In this document: piece by piece, positions 18,115 to 29,287 of the stretch | Layout of the letters: each line of letters opens with the position of its first letter | How positions within the stretch are numbered: position 1 is the stretch's first letter | Assembly (NCBI GenBank): GCA_044344255.1 | Contig: JBIJDH010000002.1 | Span: 224,001 to 288,000, forward strand | Direction: 5' to 3' | Source: Myxococcota bacterium | Lineage (GTDB): Bacteria > Myxococcota_A > UBA796 > UBA2385 | Length of the DNA stretch: 64,000 bases | Position numbers and translations under genes: made by a program | Notes under the pieces: model-generated | Told to the model about the DNA's origin: nothing | Seen by the model: the letters and a program-made list of their open reading frames with translations, nothing else | Database searches by the model: none

Positions 18115-19044
18115 CTACTCGATGACGCTGAGCCCGGTGTGGGCGGTGAGCTCTTTCGCGCTGAGCTCCGAGCCATCCCGGATGTGGCTCTCCTTGACGA
18201 GCCCGAGACCCTTGACCCACCACTGCTCGATCGTGCCCGTGACCGTCGTCGTGCCGTCGCTGCTCGAGTACTCGTTGACGAGCTTGTAGGCCTCGACCAC
18301 GGTGCCGTCGTAGAGCGTGTGCTCCTCGAAGCCAGACTCAGTGTAGGTCCCGGTGATGTTCTGGGTGAGGGGAGTGGTGCTGCCGGTGCCGGCGTCGATG
18401 AGCATGGAGTCGGTGTAGCTGTAGCTCCAGGAGCCAGACGACCCGATGTCGGCCTCGGCGGGCAGGTACATCCGCGGGGGGCTGAGCTCGGTGACGATCG
18501 AGCCGGCGAGGGGGATGTCCTCGTAGGAGTAGGTGACCGTGCCCTCCCAGCCCTGGAGGAACATGCCGGGGCCGTCCCAGCCGCACTGCACGTACTGGGT
18601 GGTGTCCCAGCCGTAGGTGGCCGCGGCGTCGCTCATAAAGTCGGTGTAGCCGTAGGCCGTGGAGCCAGACGACGTCGTCGTGATGCCGATCCCGGCCTCA
18701 ATCGCCGTGGCGGGGCCGCCCTTGAGCGTGGCGTTGAAGGTCTTGGTCCAGCCGCTCTTGTCGACCGGGCTCCAGGCGTTGTTGCACTCGGTGATGTCGG
18801 CGTCGGAGTCCGCGTCGCTGTCAGCGTCCGAATCTGCGTCGCTGTCGGCGTCTGAATCGGCGTCGGCGTCAGCGTCGCTGTCCGAGTCGCTGTCGGCGTC
18901 GGTGTCGGCGTCGCCCTCGCCCGAACCGTCGCCTCCGTTCTCTCCGCTGTCGCCGGTCACCTTGTCGGTGCCCTGGTAGTAGGAGTTGCCTTCACAGGCG
19001 ACGAGCGACAGGGCCGTGAGGAGAGAGAAGTGTCGCGCCGTCAT
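18115..19044 (-). CDS. Lipoprotein with Asp/Ala/Ser (DADSD) repeat linker and beta-rich C-terminal domain
   Basis: GGAG RBS, MTARHFSLLTALSLVAC, DADSD repeats, C-terminal WWVKGLGLVKE. The ORF-track extension to 20028 is rejected. Confidence 0.8.
   Translation of the reverse strand: MTARHFSLLTALSLVACEGNSYYQGTDKVTGDSGENGGDGSGEGDADTDADSDSDSDADADADSDADSDADSDADSDADSDADITECNNAWSPVDKSGWTKTFNATLKGGPATAIEAGIGITTTSSGSTAYGYTDFMSDAAATYGWDTTQYVQCGWDGPGMFLQGWEGTVTYSYEDIPLAGSIVTELSPPRMYLPAEADIGSSGSWSYSYTDSMLIDAGTGSTTPLTQNITGTYTESGFEEHTLYDGTVVEAYKLVNEYSSSDGTTTVTGTIEQWWVKGLGLVKESHIRDGSELSAKELTAHTGLSVIE
18795..18915. repeat. Low-complexity coding repeat encoding (D-A/S/T)n
   Basis: Protein DADTDADSDSDADADADSDADSDADSDADSDADSDAD, with varied synonymous codons. 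Confidence 0.9.
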
Positions 19045-19221
19045 GAGGAGCTCCAGCCGGAGGCTACTTCGGATGGGAGGTGAGGAGTCCGCTGTGGGCG
19101 AAGGGCCGCCCGTGGTTAACACGCCCGGATAGCATGTCGGGCCGCCGGGTGGCAACGACGACGCGCCGTGGCCCGGCCCTCCCGGCGGGCCGCAGGCGTC
19201 GGTCCGGCGCGAGGAGGGCCC

Positions 19222-19647
19222 ATGAGCGACGATGACACCCCGATCTCCGCGCTGAAGGCGGAGGTCCGGCGCTTCAACCAGGATCGGGACTGGGAGCAGT
19301 TTCACTCCCCTCGAAACCTCGTGATGGCCCTGTCGGTCGAGGTCTCCGAGCTGATGGAGCTCTTCTTGTGGTGCCGAGACGAGGGCCCCCAGCCGCCGGT
19401 CGCGGCGCGTCAAGCGCAGGTGGTGGAAGAGCTCGGCGACGTCGGGATCCTGCTCCTCAACCTCGCAGATCGCCTCGGGGTAGACCTCACGGAGGCGATC
19501 CAGGCGAAGATCGCGTACAACGCAGCAAAGTACCCGGTCGCGCTCTCCCGGGGGCGGCTGGAGAAGGCCGGTGAGCTGCGCGCGGCAGCCGGGACAGCGG
19601 GGACAGCGGGGACGGCGGTGTCGGGGGAGAAGGATCAGGGTGGGTGA
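19222..19647 (+). CDS. MazG-like nucleotide pyrophosphohydrolase (dCTP pyrophosphatase type)
   Basis: RDWEQFHSPRNL.MALSVEVSELMELF.W, EELGDV, KYP; GGAGG RBS before ATG 19222. Confidence 0.9.
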   Translation: MSDDDTPISALKAEVRRFNQDRDWEQFHSPRNLVMALSVEVSELMELFLWCRDEGPQPPVAARQAQVVEELGDVGILLLNLADRLGVDLTEAIQAKIAYNAAKYPVALSRGRLEKAGELRAAAGTAGTAGTAVSGEKDQGG

Positions 19648-20729
19648 GCGAGCAGCCAGCCGGTGATCTGCGGGAAGATCTCTCGGCGCGCGTCGTCGCC
19701 GAGGATGAGGTCGATGTGGCCATAGTCGTGGCCGAGTCCGCTCGCGCGCCCGGCCAACCACCAGTCCCGCTCGGCGCTCCCCGCCGCCTCCACCCAGGGG
19801 ATGACCCGATCGGGCGGCGCGACGTGGTCGTCTCGGCCGGCCAGGGCGCGCAAGGGCACGCGGAGGTCGCGGAGGGCCGCCTCGTAGTCCAAGCGGCCGT
19901 CGAGGCTGGTGAAGCGCTCGCGGCGGATGATCCGGCTGAGCTGGGTGAGCTCCCCCGCGCTCATCGGGCTCACCGCCTCGCGCATCATGCGCCGCTGGCT
20001 GGGCCCGTCGACGCTCCCCGGCGCCCATAGGAGCTCGTCGCTGTGAAAGGGCAGCTCGTCCCAGCGAGAGGCGGCGCGGGACAGGCCGCGGGAGGGCACC
20101 ACCCTCCCGAGCCGCCCGCTGATCATCGCCGGAGCCGCCGCGCGGAGGAGCGGGTCGGGGTCGGTGAATTCGATGGGGCTGCCGACGATGACCAGCGAGG
20201 ACAGGGCCGCGTCACCGTGCCAGGCCGCGTAGGCGAGGGCGACCATGCCCCCCATCGAGTGGCCGACGTAGCCCACCCGGGCGCCGCCCCGCCGCTCGCG
20301 GATGTATTCGATCGCCGCGGGGAGATCGAAACGACCGTAGTCATCGATGGACCAGCCCGCCGTCTGTCTTCGGCCGCGGGCGTCGCGCCGCGCCGCGCCG
20401 TGCCCCCGCAGGTCGAGCAGCCAGGCGTCCAGGCCGACCTCGTGGAGCGCCACCGCCAGGGATCGGTCGGGGGACAGATCCCAAGAGCGGCTGTTCGACG
20501 ACAGGCCGTGGACGACCAGCACCGGCGCACCCGGACCCGGGTGGTGGTGGAGGTGGACGGCGGCGCCGTCGGCGGTCGGGAGCTCGATCTCCTCGACGCT
20601 CACGCCCTCGCAGAGGGACGGGGTGACCGTCGGGGTGAGCGAGGGCCCCGGAGTCGCAGAAGCCACGCTGGCGCGGGCACCGAGCAGGACGGCGCTCACG
20701 AGGGCCCAGCGACCGGCGACCTGCATCAC
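19635..20729 (-). CDS. Secreted alpha/beta hydrolase (lipase / PHA-synthase-like fold)
   Basis: VHGLSSN, DLRGHG, GHSMGG nucleophile elbow, GRDDHVAPP Asp, DYGHIDL His; signal peptide. Confidence 0.85.
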   Translation of the reverse strand: MMQVAGRWALVSAVLLGARASVASATPGPSLTPTVTPSLCEGVSVEEIELPTADGAAVHLHHHPGPGAPVLVVHGLSSNSRSWDLSPDRSLAVALHEVGLDAWLLDLRGHGAARRDARGRRQTAGWSIDDYGRFDLPAAIEYIRERRGGARVGYVGHSMGGMVALAYAAWHGDAALSSLVIVGSPIEFTDPDPLLRAAAPAMISGRLGRVVPSRGLSRAASRWDELPFHSDELLWAPGSVDGPSQRRMMREAVSPMSAGELTQLSRIIRRERFTSLDGRLDYEAALRDLRVPLRALAGRDDHVAPPDRVIPWVEAAGSAERDWWLAGRASGLGHDYGHIDLILGDDARREIFPQITGWLLAHPP

Positions 20730-21547
20730 GGCGGGGCTCCGGTCCGCGGTGCGCGGGGGTGGAGCGCGTGTCGGAGCCAGGCGGCGAGGGCAGCCGCCGG
20801 CCGGGGCCGGGCGAGGAGGGCGGCGCTGTCGTAGTCGCGGGGATCTCCGCGGAGGTAGCCGAAGCGGACGAAGGTGGCCCGATCAGGGAGGCGGCCGCGC
20901 ACGGCCTCGGGCGGGCCGAGGTTGTCGTGATCGCCGACCCCAGCCCAGATGGGGCAGAAGGCGGAGGAGAGGTCGACCGCGAGGCCCTCGACGGCCCAGG
21001 CCCGGAGTCCCTCCAAGAGGGTCCCGCTTACGGCCTCGAGGGGAGGCAGGGGCGCCCCCAGCAGCAGTGGCAGGGCCTCGTGGCCGGCCCATCGAGCGTC
21101 GAGGGTCCGCAGGTCGAGGCCAGCGGGTGCCGGCGGCCTCGCGGCCAGCCAGGCCAGCAGGGGGCTGGGCGGCAGCCAGAGGGGGGCGCCCAGCAGGGCG
21201 ACGGCGGCGGGATCGAGCTCGTTGAGGGGGTCTTGCAGCGAGAGCGCGGCGAGGGTGCCGCCGATCCCGTGACCGACGAGGCCGACGTCTCGGCCCGCGA
21301 AGCGGCTCAGCGCCTCGGGGATCGTGTGGCCGACGATGCCATCGAGGCGCTGGTCTTGGATGGAGAAGACCAGGAGCCAGGCGTCTACCCCGCGGTCCTC
21401 CAGCGCGGCCACGAGGCCCTCGTAGGCACGGGGCGCATACCCCGGGGTGGTTACGATGAGCGCGACAGTGGGGGCACCTGCGGAGGCACCCCGCCCATCG
21501 ATCAGCTCGGCGGCGCGGCCTTCGAGGGAGGCGGACGCGAACAGCAC
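20726..21547 (-). CDS. Alpha/beta-hydrolase-fold protein with degenerate catalytic triad
   Basis: LVGHGIGG (Ser->Gly), GDHDNLGPP, DYDSAALL at the His position. Start uncertain (GTG 21547 used). Confidence 0.6.
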   Translation of the reverse strand: MLFASASLEGRAAELIDGRGASAGAPTVALIVTTPGYAPRAYEGLVAALEDRGVDAWLLVFSIQDQRLDGIVGHTIPEALSRFAGRDVGLVGHGIGGTLAALSLQDPLNELDPAAVALLGAPLWLPPSPLLAWLAARPPAPAGLDLRTLDARWAGHEALPLLLGAPLPPLEAVSGTLLEGLRAWAVEGLAVDLSSAFCPIWAGVGDHDNLGPPEAVRGRLPDRATFVRFGYLRGDPRDYDSAALLARPRPAAALAAWLRHALHPRAPRTGAPP

Positions 21548-21644
21548 CGCCGAGAGCGCGCCAGCCCTCGTCCCGGTCCGTCGGGACCGGGGGGGCCGCC
21601 TCGCGCCTCGTCCGCTCCGTCTCAGGGCAGCTCCGTGGACAGAC

Positions 21645-23366
21645 TCAGTGGGTGATGTCGAGGGAGGACTGGTGGCGGGCGGGCACGACCTGATCCCGTC
21701 CGGCCTCTTTGGCGTCGAAGAGCGCGGCCTCGGCGGCGCGGAGGACAGTCTGGCCGCTGCTGCCGTGCTCCGGCTGGGTGGCGACGCCGATGGAGACGGT
21801 GAAGGGCGGCTCACTTCGGCGCGCGAGGAGCTCGGCGAGGGCGCTCCGCACCCGCATCGCGACGGTGATCCCGGAGCGGAAGTTCGCCTTGGGGAGGAAG
21901 ATCACGAAGTCGTCCTCTCCCAGGCGGACGGGGAGGTCGGACTGGCGGCAGGCCACGCGCAGGGCGGAGGTCAACGCGGTGAGGCAACGGTCGCCCACTT
22001 CGCGGCCGTAGCGGAGGTTCAGGTCTCCGAGGTGGTCTACGTCGATGGTGAGGATGGCGTAGGGCTCGTCGGTGAGGCTCGCCTGCTGGAGCCGGAGATC
22101 GAGGAGGCGGCGGTTGGCGAGGCCGGTCGCGGGGTCTGTGGACTCGTTCTCGATGCGCTTGATCTCGGCCTTGTGAGCAGACAGTCGGCTGCCGAGCGCC
22201 AACGCCATCGCCTCGAGCTCTTCGGTGCGAGCGGTGCGCTCATCGTAGCCAATGATCTGGACCACCGCCGACTGGGCTCCGTTCACGCTGACAGGCGCAC
22301 ACGCGACGGTGAGCGCCGACTCGGTGAGGCGGGGACAGCGGCTGGCGTTGTGCTCGTGGCCGTGCACCAGGGTCCGGCGCCGCTCCAGCGCCGGGCAGGC
22401 GCCGGCCGTCATCAGGTCGCAGGCGCTCGTCCGTTTCGCGTCGTGCTTTCGAATTGTGTCTTCTGCGGCGTCCACGTTGAGGATCTGTACGACGCCTTCG
22501 GGGTAGGCGGTGCGGCCCCCGCGGATCGTGGCGTCGCCGATCTGGCGCTCGTCCTCGGCGAGAGAGAGGGCGTCGATGAGATCGCGGGTGAAGTGCTGGC
22601 AGCGCTCGATGCGAACCTGAGCGCGGCGGAGCTCATCGACGGCGGTGATCGCCCGGCTGGCCGCGTCCACGGCCGGGGTCAGGGCGTCGTGCTTGGGCAG
22701 CGCGGCGGGCTCCCGACCCTCGACGCTGCGGCGCAGGGCGTCCGAGAGGGCGCTCACCGCAGTGTCGAGCAGGTGGCGCTCTCCCGTGGTGGAGCGGGAC
22801 AGCCGCCCCCGCGCGACGAGGCTCGTCGAGAGCGCGAGCGAGAGCATCAGCCCGGTGAGGATCAACAGCCCGGAGAGGGTGCGCTTCTGGTAGAGGTCGC
22901 CGTGGGCCTCCACGGCCACGCCGAGCGCGGTGGTGGCCTCCGAGAGCTCCGTGCGCGCGATCGACAGCTCCTCAAAGGCGGCGCTGAGATCGGCCTGGGG
23001 CCCTGAATTGTAGAAGAGGCCGGAGGCCTCCTGCACGTGGATCATCGCGCGGCGGACGCGCCCGACGATCTTGCGGCTGTCGCTGACGCCGGGCTCGATG
23101 ATGTCGAGGGCCGCGTCGGCCTGCGCCTTCGCGTCGCGGGTGTCGTCGACGAGCGCGGGCTCGCGGGTCGAGGCGAACCGATAGGGTGTGACCTCGAGGC
23201 GGGCGCTCTGGCGCATGAGGTTGGCGTAGGCGTTGCGCGGCGGCTCGATGGTAGACGCCTGTACGTCGGCGGCGTTCCAGACCCACGCGCAGAGCGCGAT
23301 GGTCAGGATCACCAGCGCAACCACCTGGATGGTCAGGAGGAGGGAAGCAGGTCTTTGCGCGTTCAT
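21645..23366 (-). CDS. Membrane sensor with GAF-like and degenerate GGDEF domain
   Basis: Two TM helices, GAF-like ACPAL..C...VACAP, TDPATGLANRR, DVDH...N..YG...GD, RQSD, RLGEDDF, TVSIGVA, AK..GRDQV. Confidence 0.8.
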   Translation of the reverse strand: MNAQRPASLLLTIQVVALVILTIALCAWVWNAADVQASTIEPPRNAYANLMRQSARLEVTPYRFASTREPALVDDTRDAKAQADAALDIIEPGVSDSRKIVGRVRRAMIHVQEASGLFYNSGPQADLSAAFEELSIARTELSEATTALGVAVEAHGDLYQKRTLSGLLILTGLMLSLALSTSLVARGRLSRSTTGERHLLDTAVSALSDALRRSVEGREPAALPKHDALTPAVDAASRAITAVDELRRAQVRIERCQHFTRDLIDALSLAEDERQIGDATIRGGRTAYPEGVVQILNVDAAEDTIRKHDAKRTSACDLMTAGACPALERRRTLVHGHEHNASRCPRLTESALTVACAPVSVNGAQSAVVQIIGYDERTARTEELEAMALALGSRLSAHKAEIKRIENESTDPATGLANRRLLDLRLQQASLTDEPYAILTIDVDHLGDLNLRYGREVGDRCLTALTSALRVACRQSDLPVRLGEDDFVIFLPKANFRSGITVAMRVRSALAELLARRSEPPFTVSIGVATQPEHGSSGQTVLRAAEAALFDAKEAGRDQVVPARHQSSLDITH

Positions 23367-23527
23367 TCAGTTGCCATGCGGGCCGTTCGGCGAGAGGCGG
23401 GGGTCGGGAGGGGCGCCATGATATCCTCATGAGCCCGCGCGCGACGGCGGCCGCTGAAGATGTGGAGAGACCCGCATGATCCGCGGCTGCCCGCCAGCGG
23501 AGGAGCGACGCGCCCAGCATGCAGCCG

Positions 23528-24496
23528 ATGGTCACGATCTCCGGCCTCGCTCCGGTGGAACGTGCGGCCTGGGGTCGCGCGGCCCGGGCGGGGAGGGCCG
23601 TCTCGCTCGAGCACCGCGGCGCCTGGCCAGCGGAATTTCCCTATGACGAGCTGTTCCCATTTTGTTCTTCGGTGCGCCTCGAAGACCCAGCGGCGCTCCG
23701 CGCCTGGAGCGATCGGCCCGTGAAGCCGCCGCCCGGCCCGCTGCCGGTCACCGTCGTGATCCCCACCCATCGGCGGGTGCCTTGGGGGATCGAGGGCTGG
23801 CGCCGAGCGGGCGGAGAGGTGCTGGTGGTGGCCAATCACGAGCGCCTCCCCGCCGAGATGGCGGGTGCGCGGGTCCTCCGTCTGCCCTGGCGGGGGCACG
23901 GCCCCACCCGCCAGGCCGCCCTGGCCGCCGTCGAGACCCCCTACGTGCTCTTCTCGGTGGATGACGCCGTGCCGCTGGGGGTCAGCGTGATCCGCGAGCT
24001 GCTCCTCGCCCTCGAAGGGGGGCCGTGGGAGGCGGTGCTGGCGCGTCAGGTCCCTTGGCCGGACGCCGATCCAGTCACCCGGGCGCGGCTCCGCCGCTGG
24101 ACCCCGCCGGGAGACGCGCCGGCGGCGGCCCCGCGCATCGATCATGTCGCCACCCTCCACCGAACGGATTGGCTCCGCCAGAACCCCCTCCCCGACGTCC
24201 CGATCGCGGAGGACGCGTGGTGGGGGAGGGGCCGCTCGCTCGGGTACGTGCCCCAGGCCTGTGTCGCGCACGCCCACCCTCGCCGGCCCCTGGCCCTCTT
24301 TCGACGAGACCGGGACATCCACGCCGAGCTCGTGCGCATGGGGGAGCCCGCCGTCCTGCCCACGCTCGCGGACCTCCTGACTCGCCTGCCGGGCAGCCTC
24401 CGCGCTGGCCCGCCGCGAGAGGTGGTCAACTCCGCGGCGGAGCTCCTCGGCCAGTGGGCGGGTGGCCGTCGGGCTCGGCGGGGGGCTCGGAGATAG
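23528..24496 (+). CDS. Glycosyltransferase family 2
   Basis: VTVVIPT, GHG.TRQAAL, YVLFSVDDA, ARQVP, IAEDAWW, V.HAH motifs. Start 23519 or 23528. Confidence 0.75.
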   Translation: MVTISGLAPVERAAWGRAARAGRAVSLEHRGAWPAEFPYDELFPFCSSVRLEDPAALRAWSDRPVKPPPGPLPVTVVIPTHRRVPWGIEGWRRAGGEVLVVANHERLPAEMAGARVLRLPWRGHGPTRQAALAAVETPYVLFSVDDAVPLGVSVIRELLLALEGGPWEAVLARQVPWPDADPVTRARLRRWTPPGDAPAAAPRIDHVATLHRTDWLRQNPLPDVPIAEDAWWGRGRSLGYVPQACVAHAHPRRPLALFRRDRDIHAELVRMGEPAVLPTLADLLTRLPGSLRAGPPREVVNSAAELLGQWAGGRRARRGARR

Positions 24497-24519
24497 GCGT
24501 CGAGCGCGCAGGAGCCTCC

Positions 24520-25080
24520 ATGAACCCTTCCTCTCCCATCCCGCCAGGCCCCAGCCGGGTCGCCGGATCGCCCCACGACGCCGACGTGGAGGGCACGCCC
24601 AGCGTCCACCCAGAGGTCACCCGCACCGAGATGGCGCAGATCGTGCTCCCGAGCTTCGCCAACGCGCGCGGCACGGCCTTCGGCGGACAGATCGCCGCCT
24701 GGAGTGACGTCTGCGCCGCGATCTCCGCCCAACGATATGCGCGGTCGGCGGTGGTCACCGCCTCGATGGACGAGCTCCACTTCCTCCGCCCGATCCGGGC
24801 CGGCATGATCGTCGTGCTCAAGGCCCAGGTGAACGCGGCTTGGCGCTCTTCGATGGAGGTGGGCGTGCGGGTGGAGGCCGAAGAGCCGACCACCGGGCAC
24901 CGGGAGCACTGCTGCTCGGCCTACCTCACCTTCGTGTCCCTCGACGAAGCGGGCCGCCCCCGCCTCGTCCCCGAGCTCGACACCGGCGGAGATCCCGTGC
25001 TGGAGCGGCGAAACCGCGAGGCTGGCGCCCGCCGAGAGGCTCGCTTGCGGATGCGGGAGCTCCGCCGCGCCGCGCTCTGA
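24520..25080 (+). CDS. Acyl-CoA thioesterase (hotdog fold, YciA-like)
   Basis: VLPSFANARGTAFGG, VVTASMDEL.F..PI, SSMEVGV, AYLTFVSLD..GRP; GGAG RBS before ATG 24520. Confidence 0.9.
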   Translation: MNPSSPIPPGPSRVAGSPHDADVEGTPSVHPEVTRTEMAQIVLPSFANARGTAFGGQIAAWSDVCAAISAQRYARSAVVTASMDELHFLRPIRAGMIVVLKAQVNAAWRSSMEVGVRVEAEEPTTGHREHCCSAYLTFVSLDEAGRPRLVPELDTGGDPVLERRNREAGARREARLRMRELRRAAL

Positions 25081-25121
25081 GGTCACGGACGCGCGCGGCC
25101 CTGTGGGGTGGCCGGGCCGAA

Positions 25122-26141
25122 TCAGGGTTGCTCGGCCCAGAGCTCGGCGCGGCCGGCGCGGTGCGCCCAGAGCCAGCGCAGCATGTCGAGCTCACCTGCC
25201 CGGCGCTGAGGTCGATCGGCGCTTCGCTTTTGCAGCGCGTCGGGGGCGCTGGCCAGCCCGGCCAAACCGCCGGCGAGCGCGGCCAGCCCCCCGGTCGGGC
25301 CGGCGGCGGCCCCTAGCCCTTCGCCGCGGAGCGCGCCGAGACCGAGCGCGCCGTAGCGGGCGACCGTCCAGGCGGGGGCGCCGAGCAAGGCCAGGGCAGG
25401 GAGGCTGCGCAGCGCGGCGCGGACGCGGTTCCGCTCGACCTGAAACACCTTCCAGGGCTCGGCCCGCCCGTACGAGGCGCCGAGTCGGTGGAGCACGACG
25501 GCGGCCGGCACGAGGCGGATCTCGATCCCGAGCCGGGCCGCCCGGAGGGAGAGGTCTGCGTCTTCGCCGAAGGCCTCGAAGTCCTCGTCGAACAAGCCCA
25601 CCCTCTCCCGCGCCGCGCCGGTGAAGAGCACGGCCGCGCCGGAGAAGGCTCCCACCGTCGTCGCCCGGCGGAGGGCCTCGGCGGCGGTCCAGGGGCGGCC
25701 GCGGCCGCGGGCGAGGTTGGCGCCGTCGGGCCACCACCGGTGCCCGAGGTTGTCAATGCGGCCGCTCCCGTCGTCGAGGAGCAGCGCGGGCTGGTAGATT
25801 CCCTCCCCGCCCGCTGCGGCGGCCTCGCCGAGCCGCTGGAGCAGGCCGGGCTGGGGCTCGGTGTCGTCGTTGAGGAGGAGCACCGACCCCCGTGGTGTGG
25901 CGCGCAGCCCGGCGTTGGCGGCCCTCGCGAAGTGCGCCCGGCCGATGTGCAACAGGCGCAGGCCGGGGGGCGCGTCGACCGGCCCGTCTCGGGCCACCAC
26001 CACGGTGATCTCGCCCACCGGCTGCTGCCGGAGCGCCGCCACGCAGCGCCAGAGCAGCGGGCCGCCGTGGCAGGTCGGGATGACGACCGGTAGGGGGGCG
26101 GACAGGGCGGCGGGGGCGGACAGGGCGGCGGGGACGGACAT
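25122..26141 (-). CDS. Glycosyltransferase family 2 (WbbL/RfbF-like)
   Basis: VVIPT, FARAAN.G, LLLNDD, SGAAVL, GLFDEDF..FGEDADLSLRA, V.H motifs. Confidence 0.85.
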   Translation of the reverse strand: MSVPAALSAPAALSAPLPVVIPTCHGGPLLWRCVAALRQQPVGEITVVVARDGPVDAPPGLRLLHIGRAHFARAANAGLRATPRGSVLLLNDDTEPQPGLLQRLGEAAAAGGEGIYQPALLLDDGSGRIDNLGHRWWPDGANLARGRGRPWTAAEALRRATTVGAFSGAAVLFTGAARERVGLFDEDFEAFGEDADLSLRAARLGIEIRLVPAAVVLHRLGASYGRAEPWKVFQVERNRVRAALRSLPALALLGAPAWTVARYGALGLGALRGEGLGAAAGPTGGLAALAGGLAGLASAPDALQKRSADRPQRRAGELDMLRWLWAHRAGRAELWAEQP

Positions 26142-26237
26142 GGCGACGGGGACGGCCTCGGGCGGCGAGCGAGTTCCGGAGGGGGCCGCGTAGCCGTCAC
26201 CCTCTTCGGCGAATAGCCGACCGCCGGAGGCTCATCC

Positions 26238-27323
26238 ATGGGCTCGAGCACCGGTGTCCTCTTTCGAGTCACCACCTTTGGGGAGAGCCACGGGGGCGGC
26301 CTCGGCGCCATCATCGAGGGCTGCCCGCCCGGGCTCCGCCTGGACCTCGACCGCGTTCAGGCCGAGCTCGACCGCCGTCGCCCGGGGCAGTCGTCCCTCG
26401 TGAGCCAGCGTAAGGAGGCCGACCGGGTCGAGCTCCTCTCTGGGGTCTTTGAGGGGCGGACGCTCGGGAGCCCGATCGGCCTGCTGGTGCGGAACGAAGA
26501 CGCCAACCCCGCCGACTACGCGGACTGGCAGCACCTCTACCGCCCCTCCCACGCCGACTTCACCACCGAGGCCCGCTATGGCACCCGGAGCTGGCAAGGC
26601 GGCGGTCGGGCCAGCGCTCGGGAGACGGTCGCGCGGGTGGCCGCGGGGGCGATCGCCCGGCAGGTGCTCGAAGCCCGAGCTGCGGTCGAGATCCTCGCCT
26701 GGGTGGAGCAGGTCGGCGTGGTCCAGGCCGCGGTCGACCCGGCGACGGTCACCCTCGCGGCGGTCGAGGCGAGCCCGGTGCGCTGCCCAGACCCGGAGGC
26801 CGCCCAGCGGATGGAGGCGCTGATCCGTGCGGTTCGGAAGGAGGGAGACTCTGTGGGCGGCGTCGTGCGGGCGGTCGCGCGTGGGGTCCCGGCCGGCCTC
26901 GGCGATCCCGTCTTCGACAAGCTGGAGGCCGAGCTGGGCAAGGCGATGCTCTCGCTCCCCGCCGCCAAGGGCTTCATGTCCGGGGCGGGCTTCGCGGCGG
27001 CCGCCATGCGCGGCAGCGAGCACAACGACACCTTCATCCCCGGCCCCTCGCCGGGCTCGATCGTGACCCGCACCAACTTCTCGGGGGGCATCCAAGGCGG
27101 GATCTCGAACGGGATGCCGATCGAGGTCTCGGTGGCCTTCAAGCCCGTCGCGACCCTGGCCCGCCCGATGGAGACGGTGGACGATCAGGGGCGACCGGCG
27201 GTGTTGCAGCCTCGGGGCCGCCACGACCCCTGCGTGGTGCCGCGCGCGGTCGTGATGGTCGAGGCGATGATGGCCCTGGTGCTCTGCGACCACCTCCTCC
27301 GACTCCGGGCCCTCCACGGCTGA
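26238..27323 (+). CDS. aroC: Chorismate synthase
   Basis: TFGESHG, RRRPGQS, RPSHAD, GGGRASARET, GGIQGGISNG, FKPVAT, GRHDPCV.PRA signatures. Confidence 0.97.
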   Translation: MGSSTGVLFRVTTFGESHGGGLGAIIEGCPPGLRLDLDRVQAELDRRRPGQSSLVSQRKEADRVELLSGVFEGRTLGSPIGLLVRNEDANPADYADWQHLYRPSHADFTTEARYGTRSWQGGGRASARETVARVAAGAIARQVLEARAAVEILAWVEQVGVVQAAVDPATVTLAAVEASPVRCPDPEAAQRMEALIRAVRKEGDSVGGVVRAVARGVPAGLGDPVFDKLEAELGKAMLSLPAAKGFMSGAGFAAAAMRGSEHNDTFIPGPSPGSIVTRTNFSGGIQGGISNGMPIEVSVAFKPVATLARPMETVDDQGRPAVLQPRGRHDPCVVPRAVVMVEAMMALVLCDHLLRLRALHG

Positions 27324-27379
27324 GCGCCACGGGGGCGCCCGGCCCGGAGCGGCGCGGAGTCGGAGGAGCGGGGCCTGCC

Positions 27380-29239
<1,860 letters not shown>

Positions 29240-29287
29240 GGGGCGGTCCTGCTTTGAAAGGGCCGGCCGCCTATCCAGTCAACGGAC

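Noticed and set aside
18795..18915. Repeat tracts (18795-18915, 10470-10525, 57946-57984, 63205-63450) as CRISPR arrays
   Set aside because: Periods are multiples of 3 inside CDSs, there are no unique spacers and no cas genes. They are low-complexity peptide repeats.
19222..19647. MazG-like gene as an anti-phage or toxin-antitoxin component
   Set aside because: Solo gene with house-cleaning dCTPase-type motifs and no defence neighbours.
27324..27379. Intrinsic terminator between convergent aroC and typA
   Set aside because: GC-rich but no convincing stem followed by a U-tract on either strand.
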